Shown here piece by piece: positions 48,828 through 63,274 of a stretch of DNA of 64,000 nucleotides. The DNA is from the human T2T-CHM13v2.0 reference genome, Homo sapiens: NCBI RefSeq assembly GCF_009914755.1, contig NC_060948.1; one strand, 5' to 3'. The notes under the pieces are model-generated. The model had not been told where the DNA came from and searched no databases. It was given only the letters and a program-made list of their open reading frames with translations. Position numbers and translations under genes: made by a program. Positions within the stretch are counted from its first letter, which is position 1. Every line of letters begins with the position of its first letter.

Positions 48828-50686
48828 GTATGGTTAATTAAAACAAGTCACTCAATATATCACTGCCTAGACAAGGGATACCCAAAACTATATATCTGAA
48901 GGGAAAAAAATACTTTCTTCTGTATGATGTTATATAAAACTGCAGAAATGCTTCCTTATGTTTCTGCAATTTACACTCCTGTAATCCAAAGAGGAAAAGT
49001 AATGAATATGCATGGAGTTTTCCTTCCAGAATTGAAAGGATCCTTTTTGCAAAGGGCTCATGTTTATTCTGGGATAAATAAGGATGATAGAACTCTTCTG
49101 CGGAGGGCCTCAGCCCTGTTTCTCCCCACTTCTTGCCTCCTTCATTTGCATGGAATGTCTTTGGAAGAGCCTCCAACATCATGTCACAAGGCAAATGTAA
49201 GTCGCATTAGGACTATAAATGAATTGGAGAAGTAGCAGATTTAATAAACTGGTTACTGTCTTGAGATATGACATCTGTACCAACCAATATATCTCCTTCC
49301 TCCTTATTTACTCTGAGGCACTGTATAAAATGTTCCACCATCAAATAAATGATGGCAGAATAGAAAGCAGAGGTGCTATAAATTTCATGCTTGGCAGCTT
49401 GCACTAGATGTATTTCAATGTAATGAGTCAACCTAGAACTCTTTTCTAGAATGACCCCTGTTGAAGCCCCTATTTAGAAGCTGTGCTTGCTTCTGAATGA
49501 GGTGATGAGAAGCTTGGAATAGGATTAGATAATGGATATATGTGCAGGCTGCTAAGATGTATATGGCCTGTGGGGTTTGCTGTTAATGCAGGAGCTGGGC
49601 TAGTCCAATTTCTTGCCAGCAATTTTAAATTGGGAACTTCAGAAACAGAGTCACGTATCTGGGAGAATGCAAACCAAAACATTGTGATTCTGCGAAGATA
49701 TGGCTTGTTAGTTCCTTGGGTGCTGGGTTCTTCCTGGTTTCCTTTCTCTGGATTTCCTGAAGTTTCCATGGCCTCTTATAATAACATGCTCTACTTGCCC
49801 AACATGGGTTTTCTCAAGAGGGTATCTGATTTTACAAGAAAAACAAAAACAAAAAAAACAACATTCATTCTTTATGCAAAAATTAATTAATATGCACTGA
49901 CTCTTTGCTAGGCACCAGGCAGTATTCTAAAAGCTTGATGGATATTGACTCTGTTATTTCTCAAAGGACATTATTAGGTATTTTAACTACATTTTAAAAT
50001 GTAGAAACTTATGCCAAGAAAGGCATATTCTTCAGTGAGACTCGGACACCACAACCTTAGCCTGTATATTATGACACCAATCAGAGAGGTTCATTGGAAA
50101 GAGTTAAGTTATATATTATACTGAAGGAAATGTGAATTCTATACCTGGTGTATTTTATGTACTAGTTGATTTATTTATAATATAAGGATCTCCACTTTCC
50201 TGGAATACCCACTGGACTGAGTACATTAAAATATAAGTGGATCCCAAGCCAAGGATTTCAGTTAATTCAACTGATGACTGCTGTTGGATATTCCTGAAGA
50301 GAGGGTGGAGCTAGAGGAAAAAAAAAGAGAAAGCTGTGAGTATCAGGGAACAATGATGATGACAACTGTTGCAATAATAATGTAATGACAACAGTTGCAA
50401 TAATAATGTAAGGAACAGTATTAAGTGACCAAGGAAAATTGCCCAGTAGACTATAACTGGATAAGGAGTGGGTTTGAATGAGTTGAGTGAAAGAGTAAGA
50501 GTAAAAGGTGAGGGCAGAACTCACTCCTGTGAGTACCAGGGGCAAAAGCCTCACTCACATTCTTACCCTCATACTTCTCCAAGTCTTCCTTCCCTGGGCA
50601 AGATCTCCCCCACTCTCTCGCCTCACACTGAGGCAGAGAACATAGTCCTTGAAGCTTCACAAACCTACATTTAAAACTCCATGTCT

Positions 50687-50838
50687 GGACTGGATGCAGT
50701 GGTACACACATGTAATCTACCATTTTGGAAGGTCAAGGAGAGAGCATCACTTGAAGCCCGGAGTTCAAGCCTGCAGTGAGTTGGATTGCACCACTGCACT
50801 ACAGCCTGGGTGACAAAGCAAGACCCTGTTTCTAAAAA
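50687..50838 (+). mobile_element. Monomeric Alu (FRAM/FAM-like)
   Basis: Single arm flanked by degenerate direct repeats TTAAAACTCCATGTCT / TTAAAAATTCCATGGCT. Confidence 0.75.
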
Positions 50839-51051
50839 TATATATGAAAAAAATTAAAAATTCCATGGCTGCCAGTTTTGTGATTTTGTTCTCAGTTTCT
50901 CTTTTGTAACATGGATGTATGGACATCAGTTACCTTGGAGGTTCACACTGTAACATAATGAATACACACACATATATAAAAGTGTTTGCAGTATCTATAA
51001 TGTATGCCTAACACTCATTTCTCAACATGCATTGTAATCCACCTATACAGG

Positions 51052-53156
51052 TGTCACGGAATACTTGGAGTGTTGTTTCACTAGCCAGAAACATCTGGGG
51101 CTGACGGGACCTTCTGCTTGGGTGTTGCTTGCACGCACTGAGCTTATTCCACCAACTCAGCCATGCAGGCGGCATTTGGCTCATGATACCAGCACAGTTC
51201 CCACAATTGCCAAGCATGAGCCAGGCGCAGAGTGGTTAAGGGCGTGTGGGTGAAAGAGCGCAGGGTCCAGCTATTGCACACAGCCAGGCATGTTCACTGC
51301 TGCGGAGGGGCAGGCAGCTTAAGGCATTGACACAGGTGGCAGCTTTTTGAGAGTTTGTGCTGAACCAGACATACAGCACAAAGCTTCCACTGTGGGCACC
51401 TGCATCTGGACAAGGGGAACACAGTGGCACCTGGAAGCTTAGAGACGCCAGGAAGTGCAGAACCCCAAAGAGGTTGTCACAGCCGTGGCTCAGGGAGCCT
51501 CTAGGTTGGGCTCCAAAAAAGAATGCAGCTCTTCTTTCCTTCTCATCAGCTGTAACATGTTGATTGGGGCACATGTTTCAGTCCTGTTTGTGTTACAGCT
51601 CTTTTAGTCCTGCCATTCAGTGGGTCCTGCATTCTTGTCCCGTGTCCAGAAAGAATAAAGTATGTGGACCTGCAAGGCAGAGAGGAGCTTCGCTGAGTGG
51701 CAGAACAGTTCTAGGGAGACCCAGAGTGGGAAGCTTCTTTTCACAGGCAGGTCGTCCCAATGTCTGTGCCACTCTCAGCAGAGAAGATACTTGCAGTGGG
51801 TAGGTCCCCTTTGGAAGTAGGTCATCCTAATGTCTGTGCAGCCCTCAGTGGAGAAGAGACCTAGAGTGGGTAACTTCTATTTGCAGACAGGTCATCCTGC
51901 CTTCCTTGCAGCTCTCAGTGGAGAGGAGACCCAGAATGGGTAGCTCCTATCTGCAACAGGTTATTCCTTTGTCTGCCTGAATCTGGCTGAGTCTGGGGTC
52001 TTTGTGGGTTTCAGAGGGGAGGAAGTATTTGCTGATTGGTCCATGGACTGCCATGGCCAGGCCCAAAAAAAGCACCTTCAGTTCTCACTCTGGTCTAGTC
52101 AGCCCAGGGCCCAGGCTTCAGGCACTCCATGGCTTGAAGGTGGAGCTTCAAATGGGACCTGCCCCTTTCCAACTAGGAGGTGTCTGCCTTCTGCTGCCAT
52201 CAACTTGCCATCCATGGTGCCCACAGCAACCAGACTGTTCATGCCTACAGACATCTGCAGGCCCACACCAAGAACCCTGAGCCCCACCCATTGGCCTCCT
52301 CCTGTGCTCATCAGTGCCTAAAGCCCAGAGGGGGCTGAGGCAGCAGAAGGCTGGTATATCATTGCGGTCCCAAGCATGCACACACACAGCTGGGTCATGA
52401 TAGTGTCTGACCTTGGCCTCAACCTTGCTGCCAAATCAGAGTGGATGCTGGTAGTGGTGAGAGGCCAGGCAGTTGGAACAGGCACTTTCGAGCCTGTACA
52501 GGAAGGAGGGCTTCCCAGCTGATATGGTTGGTCTAGGTCATCACCCAAATCTCATCTTGAATAGTAACTCTCACAATTCCCATGTGTCATGGGAAGAATC
52601 CAGTGGGAAGTGATTGAATTATGGAGGCAGGTCTTTCCTGCACTGTTCTTTCAATAGTGAATGAGTCTTACATGATCTGATGGTTTTAAAAGTGGGAGTT
52701 TTTCTGCAGAAGCTCTCTTTTGCCTGCCACCATCCATGTAAGATGTGACTTGCTCCTCCTTGTTTTCTGCCCTAATTGTGAGTTCTCTCCAGCCCCATGG
52801 AACTAAAAGTCCATTAAATGGACTTTTTTTTTTTCTGTATAAATTACCTAGTCTTGGTTGGTAATTTTTCCTGTATAAATTACCTAGTCTTGGTTGTGTC
52901 TTTATCAGTGGCATGAAAACAGACTATTCCATCAGCCCCTGAGAGCACAAGAATGCCCAGTTCTTCAGCCATGTCTGGGTGGCAGCATCTGTGCCCATGA
53001 GGGTGGGGCTCCACCCCTCCAACTTGAAAAGCAGTGGGGCTCCCAAGTGTTTCTAGCTCCCATCTTCTCAATGGAGTGCATGGCCCTGGCCATGCTTCCC
53101 CCACTGTAGCCAGCGTCACGGCAGTGGCCACTCCAGATGGGTCACTGTTGCCATCA
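51052..53156 (-). mobile_element. MER52-family ERV1 solo LTR, interrupted by a THE1D LTR
   Basis: TG...CA termini (TGTCACGG... / ...TGCCATCA), GC-rich, internal GGAGACCCAGAGTGGG-type repeats at 51715-51950. 4-bp flanks CAGG/CAAG. Confidence 0.8.
52520..52931 (+). mobile_element. THE1D-like solo LTR
   Basis: TGATATGGTT...CCCAAATCTCATCTTGAATAGTAACTCTCACAATTCCC; flanks CCAGC/TCAGC. Confidence 0.88.
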
Positions 53157-53223
53157 CAAGTACCCTTTGCCCATGCTCAGATGTTCTTTTCATCCATATA
53201 ATGCATGTTTTATTCTATTCTAG

Positions 53224-53693
<470 letters not shown>

Positions 53694-54169
53694 ATTTATT
53701 TCTGTCTCAGCAGACTTCTTTGCAAGTCTTACCTGTTGTTCTGGGCTCTCAAACTCTTGAAATCATCCACTGTCCTCTCTCTATGAACTTTTTCCATCTG
53801 AAATTTTCTTTTGTAACATCAACCTCTTTCTCTCCACCCTCCCCTCCCACCCTGTGTCCCTCTTAGGAAGATTTCCTTCAAACCTCCTTCCGTGATACAC
53901 TAATGCTTCATTACATTCGTAGTTGCACTCAAGATTTTGCCACATCTTAACACAGTAGTGCATGTCATTGATTTGACTTCTACCTTTCCAGCTTGCCCTT
54001 CAACCATTGAACATGCCTTCTTACACAGTTTTCCATTTGGAGCTCTTCTTTCCAAATTCTCTAGTAGTCTTCTAGTTGCCTACTTAACTGGTCTCTATTC
54101 ATGTTCCTTCTAATGGAATGCTCAGTGCAATTTGACACTGCTAACCAATGCTTCTTTTTTCCATCTACC

Positions 54170-54982
54170 CCTTTTAAAAATGTTTTAGATTCAGTGGGCA
54201 CATGTGGAGGTTTGTTACATGGGAAATTTCGTAGTGTTGGGGTTTAGACTTCTATTGAACTTATCATCCAAATAGTGAACATAGCACCCAATAGATTATT
54301 TTTAGCCCTCGTACCCCTTTTGGAGTCCCCATTGTGAATTGTGCCATTTTTATGTCCATGTGTAACCATAGTTTAGCTACCGCATTTTGTTGCTGTTCTT
54401 TGAGGTGAAGTTTTTCTCTATTGCCCCACCTGGAGTGCAATGGCTTGATCTTCGTTCACCTCAATCTCCACCTCCTAGGTGCAAGCAATTCTCCTGCTTC
54501 AGCCTCCCGAGTAGTCACAGACATGTGAAAACATGCCCAGCTAATTATTTAATTTTTAGTAGAGACAGGGTTTCACCATGTTGTCCAGGCTAGTCTTGAA
54601 ATCCTGACCTCAAATGATTCACTGGCTTTGGCCTCCCAAAGTGCAGGGATTACAGGCATGAGCCACTGCACTTTGCCACTTTAGCTCCCACTTCTAAGTG
54701 AGAACAAGTGGCATTTGACTTTCTATTTCTGCATTAATTCACTTAGAATAATGACCTCTATCAGCATCCATGTTGCTGCAAAGGACATGATTCATTCTTT
54801 TTTATGGTTGTATAGTGCTCCATGGTGTGTATGTGCCACTTTTTCTTTATCCAACACACCATTGAGGACCCTTAAGTTAATTCCATGACTTTGATAGTGT
54901 CAATAGTGTTGCAATAAACATGTGCACACAGGTGTCTTTTTTATGAAATGATTTGTTTTCCTTCGGGCAGATACTCAGCAGC
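54170..54982 (-). mobile_element. L1PA16/L1PB-like 3' fragment
   Basis: GTTTGTTACATGGG...CCAAATAGTGAACATAGCACCCAATAG; CATCCATGTTGCTGCAAAGGACATGATT. Confidence 0.8.
54386..54677 (-). mobile_element. AluS nested in the L1 fragment
   Basis: Alu body with degenerate TSD TTTAGCT(A/C)CC. Confidence 0.85.
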
Positions 54983-55853
54983 TGGTCAATCTTTCTTGTT
55001 GTGTCTAGAACACTACACATTCTAAGTTGTCTTCTTATCTCATGAGATCATTCAGTTTCCTTTGCTGAATTATCTGTTTCCCCACTATTCCTCCATTATC
55101 CTATCCCTGCTGCCTTTATATTAAGTATAGGGATTTTTCCTTTCCTATTCTTGCTACCTTTACATTAAGTTTAGGTATTTCTCCTTTGACATTTTTCTCC
55201 CCTCAGCTGATACTGTCTCCTGATTGTAACTATTTTCATAAAAATGACTTTCAATTCCTTTCCCTCCACTAGCTTCCACCTTTACCTAGAGTTTCCCTCA
55301 GTATTATAAATTCCTTGTTAGACACTTTAACTCAACACATTCCAAACAAAATGAATTAACTTTCCTTTCTCTGAGGGGGAGGAAACAGATACATTCCCCC
55401 TCTATCTTATGGTTCATTGTATTACCATCTTTCAATTTATTTAGTCTCAAAATGTGGAAGTCACCTTTTATTTCCTTCTCAATGTTTCTTTCAATTTTTA
55501 TCAAGTTGTGTTCATTTTACTTTAGAAATATCTCTTGAACTTGTAATCTTTTATTGATTCCAAATGGCAGTCTCTTAGTTCAGGGTCTTGTCATCTCTGA
55601 TCTAGATTAGTTCTGATTGATCATTTTTCCTGCAGCTTCCTGCTCACACTAATCTATTCTACAGACAAATGCAAGAACTATATTTCTCAACACTCATTCT
55701 CCAACTTTATCTTTTTCATCTTCATTGGCTCTTGTCTCTGTATTTCTTAATCTCTGGCTTTATCAGATAACTTGCCATTTCCTCTTTTTGTTTGTGGCCA
55801 TCTATGTTGGTTCATGTTAGTCTGGAATGACTTTTCTTCCCCACTACAAGTCT

Positions 55854-56477
55854 GTATTTGTTTTCTGTAAGTCCCATAACAAATTACCACAAACATAACA
55901 GCTTAAAATATCACACCTTTATTATCTCACGGTGATGTACATCAGAAGTTGAGATGGGCTTGGCTTGTTTCTCTGCTGGAATCCCTCGGATGGCAGGAAT
56001 CAAGGTGGTCAGTAACCTGACCTCTTATCTGGAGATTCTGAAGAGAGCCCACTTTCCAGATCACTCTGGTGTTTGGAAGATTTAGCCATCAGACTGAGAT
56101 CCCCTTTTTTCACTGGCTGTCAGCCAGGAGCGATTCTCAGAAACTTATGGCTACCCGCGTTCCCTGTCATGATACCCACTCCATCTCCAAACAAGCAACA
56201 ATGCATTGAGTCTTTCCCATGCTTGGAATCTCTCTCTGACTATTCCTTCTACCACATCTTCCACTTCAGCAGGGGAAATTTCTCTACTTTTTAGGGTGCA
56301 TGTGACTAGATAGGGTCCACCACAATAAGTCAGGATTATGTCCATCTCTTAAACTCTGTAATCTTAGCTCCAAATGCAAATGTAATTCTTATGTAACTTT
56401 GCATATTCATAAGTTCCAGGGATTAGAGTGTGGACATTATTGAGATGGAGAGTGGGGAGGGCATTTTGCCTACCACA
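55854..56477 (-). mobile_element. MLT1D/E-like LTR
   Basis: TGTATT...CATAACAAATTACCACAAAC...GGGATTAGAGTGTGGACAT...GCCTACCACA. Confidence 0.75.
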
Positions 56478-56928
56478 AAATTGCAGTGATTTTTCAGAAT
56501 ATGAACTCTATCTCTATAGAATAATTTTCACTTAGTTGCATCCTTCAAGGTATTACCCTGACCTTGTACTTGTTAATGTCCTCTGACAATTATGTTATGC
56601 AGTATTTTATTGAAGGAACCTATTTACATATATGTCTCCCATCATCAATATTAAATTACATGAAGTCAAAAAACATACCCTAATCACTTTGACATCCATG
56701 TGCAGAATCTCATAGTGTCTTATCTGTTTTTGTCAAATAAACTGAGTATGTTCCATCACAATTTGTTGAAAGCTTATTAAACCTTTGTTTTATCTGAAGT
56801 ATTGTTATCTTTAGATGATAAGCAATTTGAAGACATCAGGTAATGCTAAACATAATGGGTGAAACTTCATCAGTGTTACATCAAGGAACATTGATGTATG
56901 TAGAAAAATAAATACCCCACATATTCAT

Positions 56929-57468
56929 TGTATTAATTGCATATTGCCACATAACAAAATGCCACAAATTTAGGGACTTAAAATGACACATATTTATTAT
57001 TTTACAGCTACTAAATGTTAGGAATCCAGGTATGCATTCACTGCATCTTCTGTTTCAAAGTCTCCCACAAAGCTATTATACAATCATAAGCCAGGGCTGG
57101 GGTCTTACCTGAAAGTTTGGGTGAGGAAGGAGTTTTCTCTACACTGATGTGGTTTTTGGCAGATCCACTTCCTTCTCAGGTATTTGGAGAAGCCTCCATT
57201 AGTTCTTTATCAGGTGGCCAGCTCCAACATAGCAGATTGTACCCACCAAGTATGAAATTTGAGATGGTAAGAAGATTTTAAAACAAGGCAGGAGTTAAAA
57301 TATTTTGCAACCTAATAATTAAAGTGATACATCATCATCTTTGTCATATTTTATTTGTTAGAATCAGGTTACTAAAGCAGCCACACAGAAGGGAAGGAGT
57401 TACACAGGTTGTGGGTTGTCAGGAGGCAGAACCACTAGAGGCCATGTGCGCATCAGCTTGTCATATAC
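56929..57468 (-). mobile_element. MLT1D-like LTR
   Basis: TGTATTAATTGC...CACAAATTTAGGGACTTAAAATGACACATATTTATTAT...AGGAGGCAGAACCACTAGAGGCCAT. Confidence 0.7.
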
Positions 57469-57806
57469 ACCTATTCAGAGACACAGATACATAAGCAGAT
57501 TATTTAGTAGACAAAAAACCATGTGCGTTGGAAGGAGAGAATGAAAGCAACTGATTATAGAGTTTGGTGGTATTGTGACCAAGTACTTAAGTGCAGGTGC
57601 TGATATTTTGAGGAAAATGATTTAGGAGTCAGAGAGAAAATGAATGGAACTTTTATTTATAAGATCTCCTTCCCAAGCCTAAAGTTAGTGGTCTTCACGT
57701 AAATGATCAAGTCATGTCTTAGTGGTTAACAACCCTGTCTGCCCACTTCTAAACATATAAAAGTATAACACATTTCTGGGTGCAGAAATGAATATGTTTC
57801 TAGAAT

Positions 57807-59171
57807 GGTAGTTCTCAGCTATTTTGGTCTTAGGACTTCTTTTCAGTCTTAAAAGTTACTGAGGAACTGAGAGATTTCACTTTATGTGGGTATATCTATT
57901 GATGTTTACTAAATTAGAGGTTAAAATTGAGACATTAACAATGTTTATGAATTTATGTCAAAGTAACAGCAATAAACTTATTCCAGGTTAACATAAAAAC
58001 AGGTTTGTAAAAAAAAAAAAAAAAAACTATATTTCCCAAAGCAAAAGAAAATTGTGAGATAGAAAATGTTCTAGATTTTTGAAAATCTTTTCAATGTTCG
58101 GTTATAACAGAAAGCTGGATCCCCATATCAGCTGACGTGCTTAATCTGCTGCAATATATTGTTTTAATTTGTGTGTATGAAGAAAATTTGGCCTCTCACA
58201 GAGATATAGTAATAAAACAATTAGATAATTGTGGATATTCTTCTTTAATACTACACCAAAACTCAAAACTCAACACTGATAGTTTCTTAAATGTTAATTA
58301 AAAAGTGTAAGTGGAACCCATATCAAAACCTTTCTGTTCCCTTAATATTAAAACTTGTTGTTTTATCTTACATTTAGAATATATCTTGACCCATGCATGT
58401 TTTGGAAAATATTGATTCACTAAGTTATACACAACTTGCAAATATTCATACATTCATTACACAAGATAAAAAATTTACATTTATTGACAGCACCATTCAT
58501 TTGACTAGGGAATAATTTAAGTGTTGGGAGGTCCTGGCATCAGATGTAAGATTTCTATGATTTTATTTTTTTCTTGAAATCTTGAATCATATCCTCAACA
58601 GCAAATACTGTCAGTTGTTTTTCATGAAGTGAAAGTCTTACTTTGTTCATGTTTCAAAAAATGTCTGCCAAATAGCCAGGTCTGAATTTCCATAGATTGA
58701 CTGTTAGTCTTTGAAATATAAATGGTAGCTGCTATTTCACTTCACCACTGAAATAGTGGAATATGTTCTTTTACTGGAGACAACATCTAGCTTCATCGTG
58801 TAGCAGAAGAGCTTTGTGTGTACTTCCCATCTCATCAGGCAGAATATTAAAAAGACAGGTATTCTGGAGATGGTCAAGAAAATTAATTTTTTATGTGAAA
58901 CTAGCATCCGTTGACTGAAACCACATGGTGGTGGTGAATAAGTAGTAGTACCATATGGGGTCACTGCCTTGTCTAATGTCTAATATGCCAACCATTTTGA
59001 CTACTGCTTGTGCACCATCAGTGCAATTGTTAGCAAGGTAAAAACAAAACAAAACAAAACAAAACTCTGTGACATCTCAGCATTATGATGAAACTAGATG
59101 TGTTCTCCAGTATCTCTTGAAACATCTTCTGAATTCCCAAGGGTCTGAGATTTAAACTTTACTATTTACTG
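57807..59171. mobile_element. Charlie1(a)-type hAT DNA transposon, ~1.36 kb
   Basis: GTTCTCAGCTATTTTGGTCTTAGGAC...TTTATGTGGGTATATCTATTGATG; TGTATGAAGAAAATTTGGCCTCTCACAGA; TGCACCATCAGTGCAA. Confidence 0.82.
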
Positions 59172-59210
59172 CCCTGCACTACAGCAAGCTGCATGTTTCA
59201 GTGGTTTTCT

Positions 59211-60459
<1,249 letters not shown>

Positions 60460-61669
60460 TTTCAGTGGTTTTCTAAAAGGAGATTACAAATGTTAAGATC
60501 TACTTAACTTAGAACTACACTGTGATCCCTACTATCAGCTCTTCAGCTACAGTTCAGCTAAACATTGTCTTCCTCTCGTATCACTTCTCTGGACACCAAA
60601 ATGAAGCAAAAGTTCTCAACTTAGGAAGAAATTCAATACTGGGTATTTCTATTTGAGCCAAAATTAGATGTTCAGAGCCTCCTGCTTTGTTGTTGTTTGT
60701 TTTTGGTTTTGATCAATTGACTTGATTTTATTCATTTGTTGTAGTTTGATGAATGTCTGTCTAATGAGACCCAATACCTCTTTGAGAATATTGTGCCTTT
60801 CCTAATTAGTTATACCACTCTTTGAAATATTAAACACTTTAAAGATCTTTGTTAAAAATAAAGAAATATGTATGATTTAATCAAATGATGGAGAAAATAA
60901 CGATATAGTTTAGTCTCTAAATCCCATAGAGAATACAGCTGTTTTTTTTCTGTAACAGCAAAATGGCAAATTGGAAATAAAGGCAAATTGACACAAACTT
61001 TCAATTCCATCTTCTAAAACACACCTTGAAAAGCTCATTGAAATATGTAACAGAGGCAACATTAGCAATTATGAATTAAAGCAGTTAGAGGGAGAGAGAA
61101 ATAGAAGTTAAAATGAAAATTGATTGAATAATAACCTAACTCTTAAAAGTGAGTGTTCTATAATTGCTCTTAATCAATCCAGTTTGCACAGTGAAAATAG
61201 CTTAACACGGAGTGGGGATTCTCAATGTTCATCGCCCAGCAGCATTTCCATTTTAAAGCTTGTTTGGCACAATGTAGGTCAGGAATTTGTATAAATGCTT
61301 TGATTATGGACAATTTTCTATCCCAGGTGTTATCACTTCACACCTGCCAAATATCTGATTTCCCAGGTTGTGTCAGTATGCCTTTCCATCATGAAGCACC
61401 AACTTGTATATCTTCTCCACAGCATGATGGAGATGACAGAGTTTTGGGTTCTACTAACAAGGATCTGGCAATGATAATGGGGAATTCCTTCATATTCCTC
61501 TGAGCCTCAGTTCACTTTTCTGTGAACTGTGAAAAAAAATCTTCAAGATGTTGTAAAAGTTAGAAATCATATATGTGGAACACTTTTCACACAGCAGACA
61601 CTCAATAAGCCTAAGTATTGTTTTTATTTTGTGGAGCACTATGAAGGCAACACTCAATAAACATAAGTA

Positions 61670-61985
61670 TTATTTTATTTTAGTTTATTTATTCATTTAT
61701 TTTGAGACAAGTTTTCTCTTTATTGCTCAGCCTGGAGTGCAGTAGTGTGATTACAGCTCACTGCAGCCTTAACCTCTTAGGATCAAGCGATTCTTCCACC
61801 TCAGCCTGCCAAGTGCCTACGACCACAGGTGTGCACCAACATGCCTGGCTGATTTTTAAATTTTTTGTAGATATGGGGTCCTACTACATTGCCCAGGCTG
61901 GTCAAAAACTCCTGAGCTCAAGTGATCCTCCTGTCTTGATCCCCCAAAATGCTGGGATTATAGGCATAAGCCACCATGCCTGGCT
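61670..61985 (-). mobile_element. AluJ
   Basis: T-rich tail plus ACAGCTCACTGCAGCCTTAACCTC...GCTCAAGTGATCCTCC. Confidence 0.88.
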
Positions 61986-62179
61986 AACTGTTGCTTTCAT
62001 AAGGGCTATTCTGTATTATAACATAGCCAGTTTCCCATTTCACTGATGGCTGAGAAAAGTATTTGAAAAAATAATTCAATTATCCTCGCAATTCACCTCC
62101 TACAAAACACATTCTCCAAGGCATTTTATTTATCACTGACAAACCAGCTTTTACTCTTAATTTGTTTATTCACCATGCC

Positions 62180-62362
62180 TTGGTGAATGATGAGTAAGTG
62201 GTAGTGCAGTGTGAGGTCACTGCCTTGATCAAGTCTAAGATGCCAGCATTTTTGCCTGTGCACCATCAGTGCAATTGTTAGCAAGGTAAAAAGAAAAGCC
62301 AGTGACATCTCAGTATTATGATAAAAATAGATGTGTTTTTCATAATACCTTGAAGCATCTCT
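62180..62362. repeat. Second copy of the Charlie1 terminal segment (direct repeat of ~58930-59127)
   Basis: 36-bp identity TGTGCACCATCAGTGCAATTGTTAGCAAGGTAAAAA at 59009-59044 and 62257-62292, within ~180 bp of co-linear similarity. Confidence 0.8.
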
Positions 62363-62972
62363 CTCACTCTCAGTGGTGTCAAGCCTGAGCTTTTCAGGTT
62401 TGTAATGGTCACCTTTTCATGATAAACTCTGGACAAATGTCCTCCATGTCCGATGTCCTTGTTGATGATTTTTGTAGTCCGCATATCTAGAACCCTCAGA
62501 GCAAGTGGGGTTTGCTAACATGACTATCATAATTCTTTCATTTGCTACTGTCGTGGCAGCTTTTAGGTTCCAGGATAAATTTGCTATGACTTGGTGATCC
62601 TCCAGAGAGTCTACTTTGAATAATCATTACCAAGACCTGCTTCAAAATAATCAGCCCACTCTTGCCTTACCTTTGTGTTCAGCATTCTGAGAAGAGATAA
62701 AAGAGAGGAACACAAGAATGCCTTAGTTACTATCTGTGGTTCTTATGCATTATTAATTTTCTTAATAAAAAAGCCATATGCATGTCAAGATTGATTAGAA
62801 TCCTGAATGGCATATTTAATTTTACAAGGGCCATACCATAACTTCCAGCAAACAGAAGTGATGGTTGAGAAGGAATGACTCACCATCCTACTAGCTATAC
62901 TAACAGTTACACATGAATATCATGTCTAATGATGTCAATCAAGCTGTCTCATAACTTTATGTATACACATCC

Positions 62973-63274
62973 TTTTTTTTTTTTTTGAGATGGAGTTTCA
63001 CATTGTTGCCTGGGCTGGAGTGCAATGGCTAGATCTCAATCTCAGCTCACTGCAACCTCTGCCTCCTTGGTTCAAGCAATTCTCCTGCCTCAGCCTTCTG
63101 AGTAGTTGGGATTACAGGCAACTGCCATCACACTGGCTAATTGTTTTTATTTTTAGTAGAAATGGGATTTCACCATGTTGGCCAGGCTAGTCTCCAACTC
63201 CTGACCTTAGGTGATCTGCCCACCTTTGTCTCTGAAACTGCTGGGATTACAGGTGTGAGTCACCATGGCTGGCC
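62973..63274 (-). mobile_element. AluS
   Basis: Poly(T) plus full Alu body. Confidence 0.92.

Larger units (their letters stand above)
53950..55850 (+). mobile_element. L2 relic interrupted by L1 and Alu
   Basis: CTCAGTGCAATTTGACACTGCTAACCA; AGACACTTTAACTCAACACATTCCAAAC; pyrimidine-rich degenerate L2-like sequence. Confidence 0.55.

Noticed and set aside
48838-49890. 100-118 aa ORFs in unique sequence
   Set aside because: There is no recognisable homology or exon structure, and they overlap on both strands, consistent with random ORFs.
51008-53131. Cluster of overlapping GC-rich ORFs or a CpG-island promoter
   Set aside because: They lie in a MER52 LTR; the sequence is CpG-depleted and no protein is recognisable.
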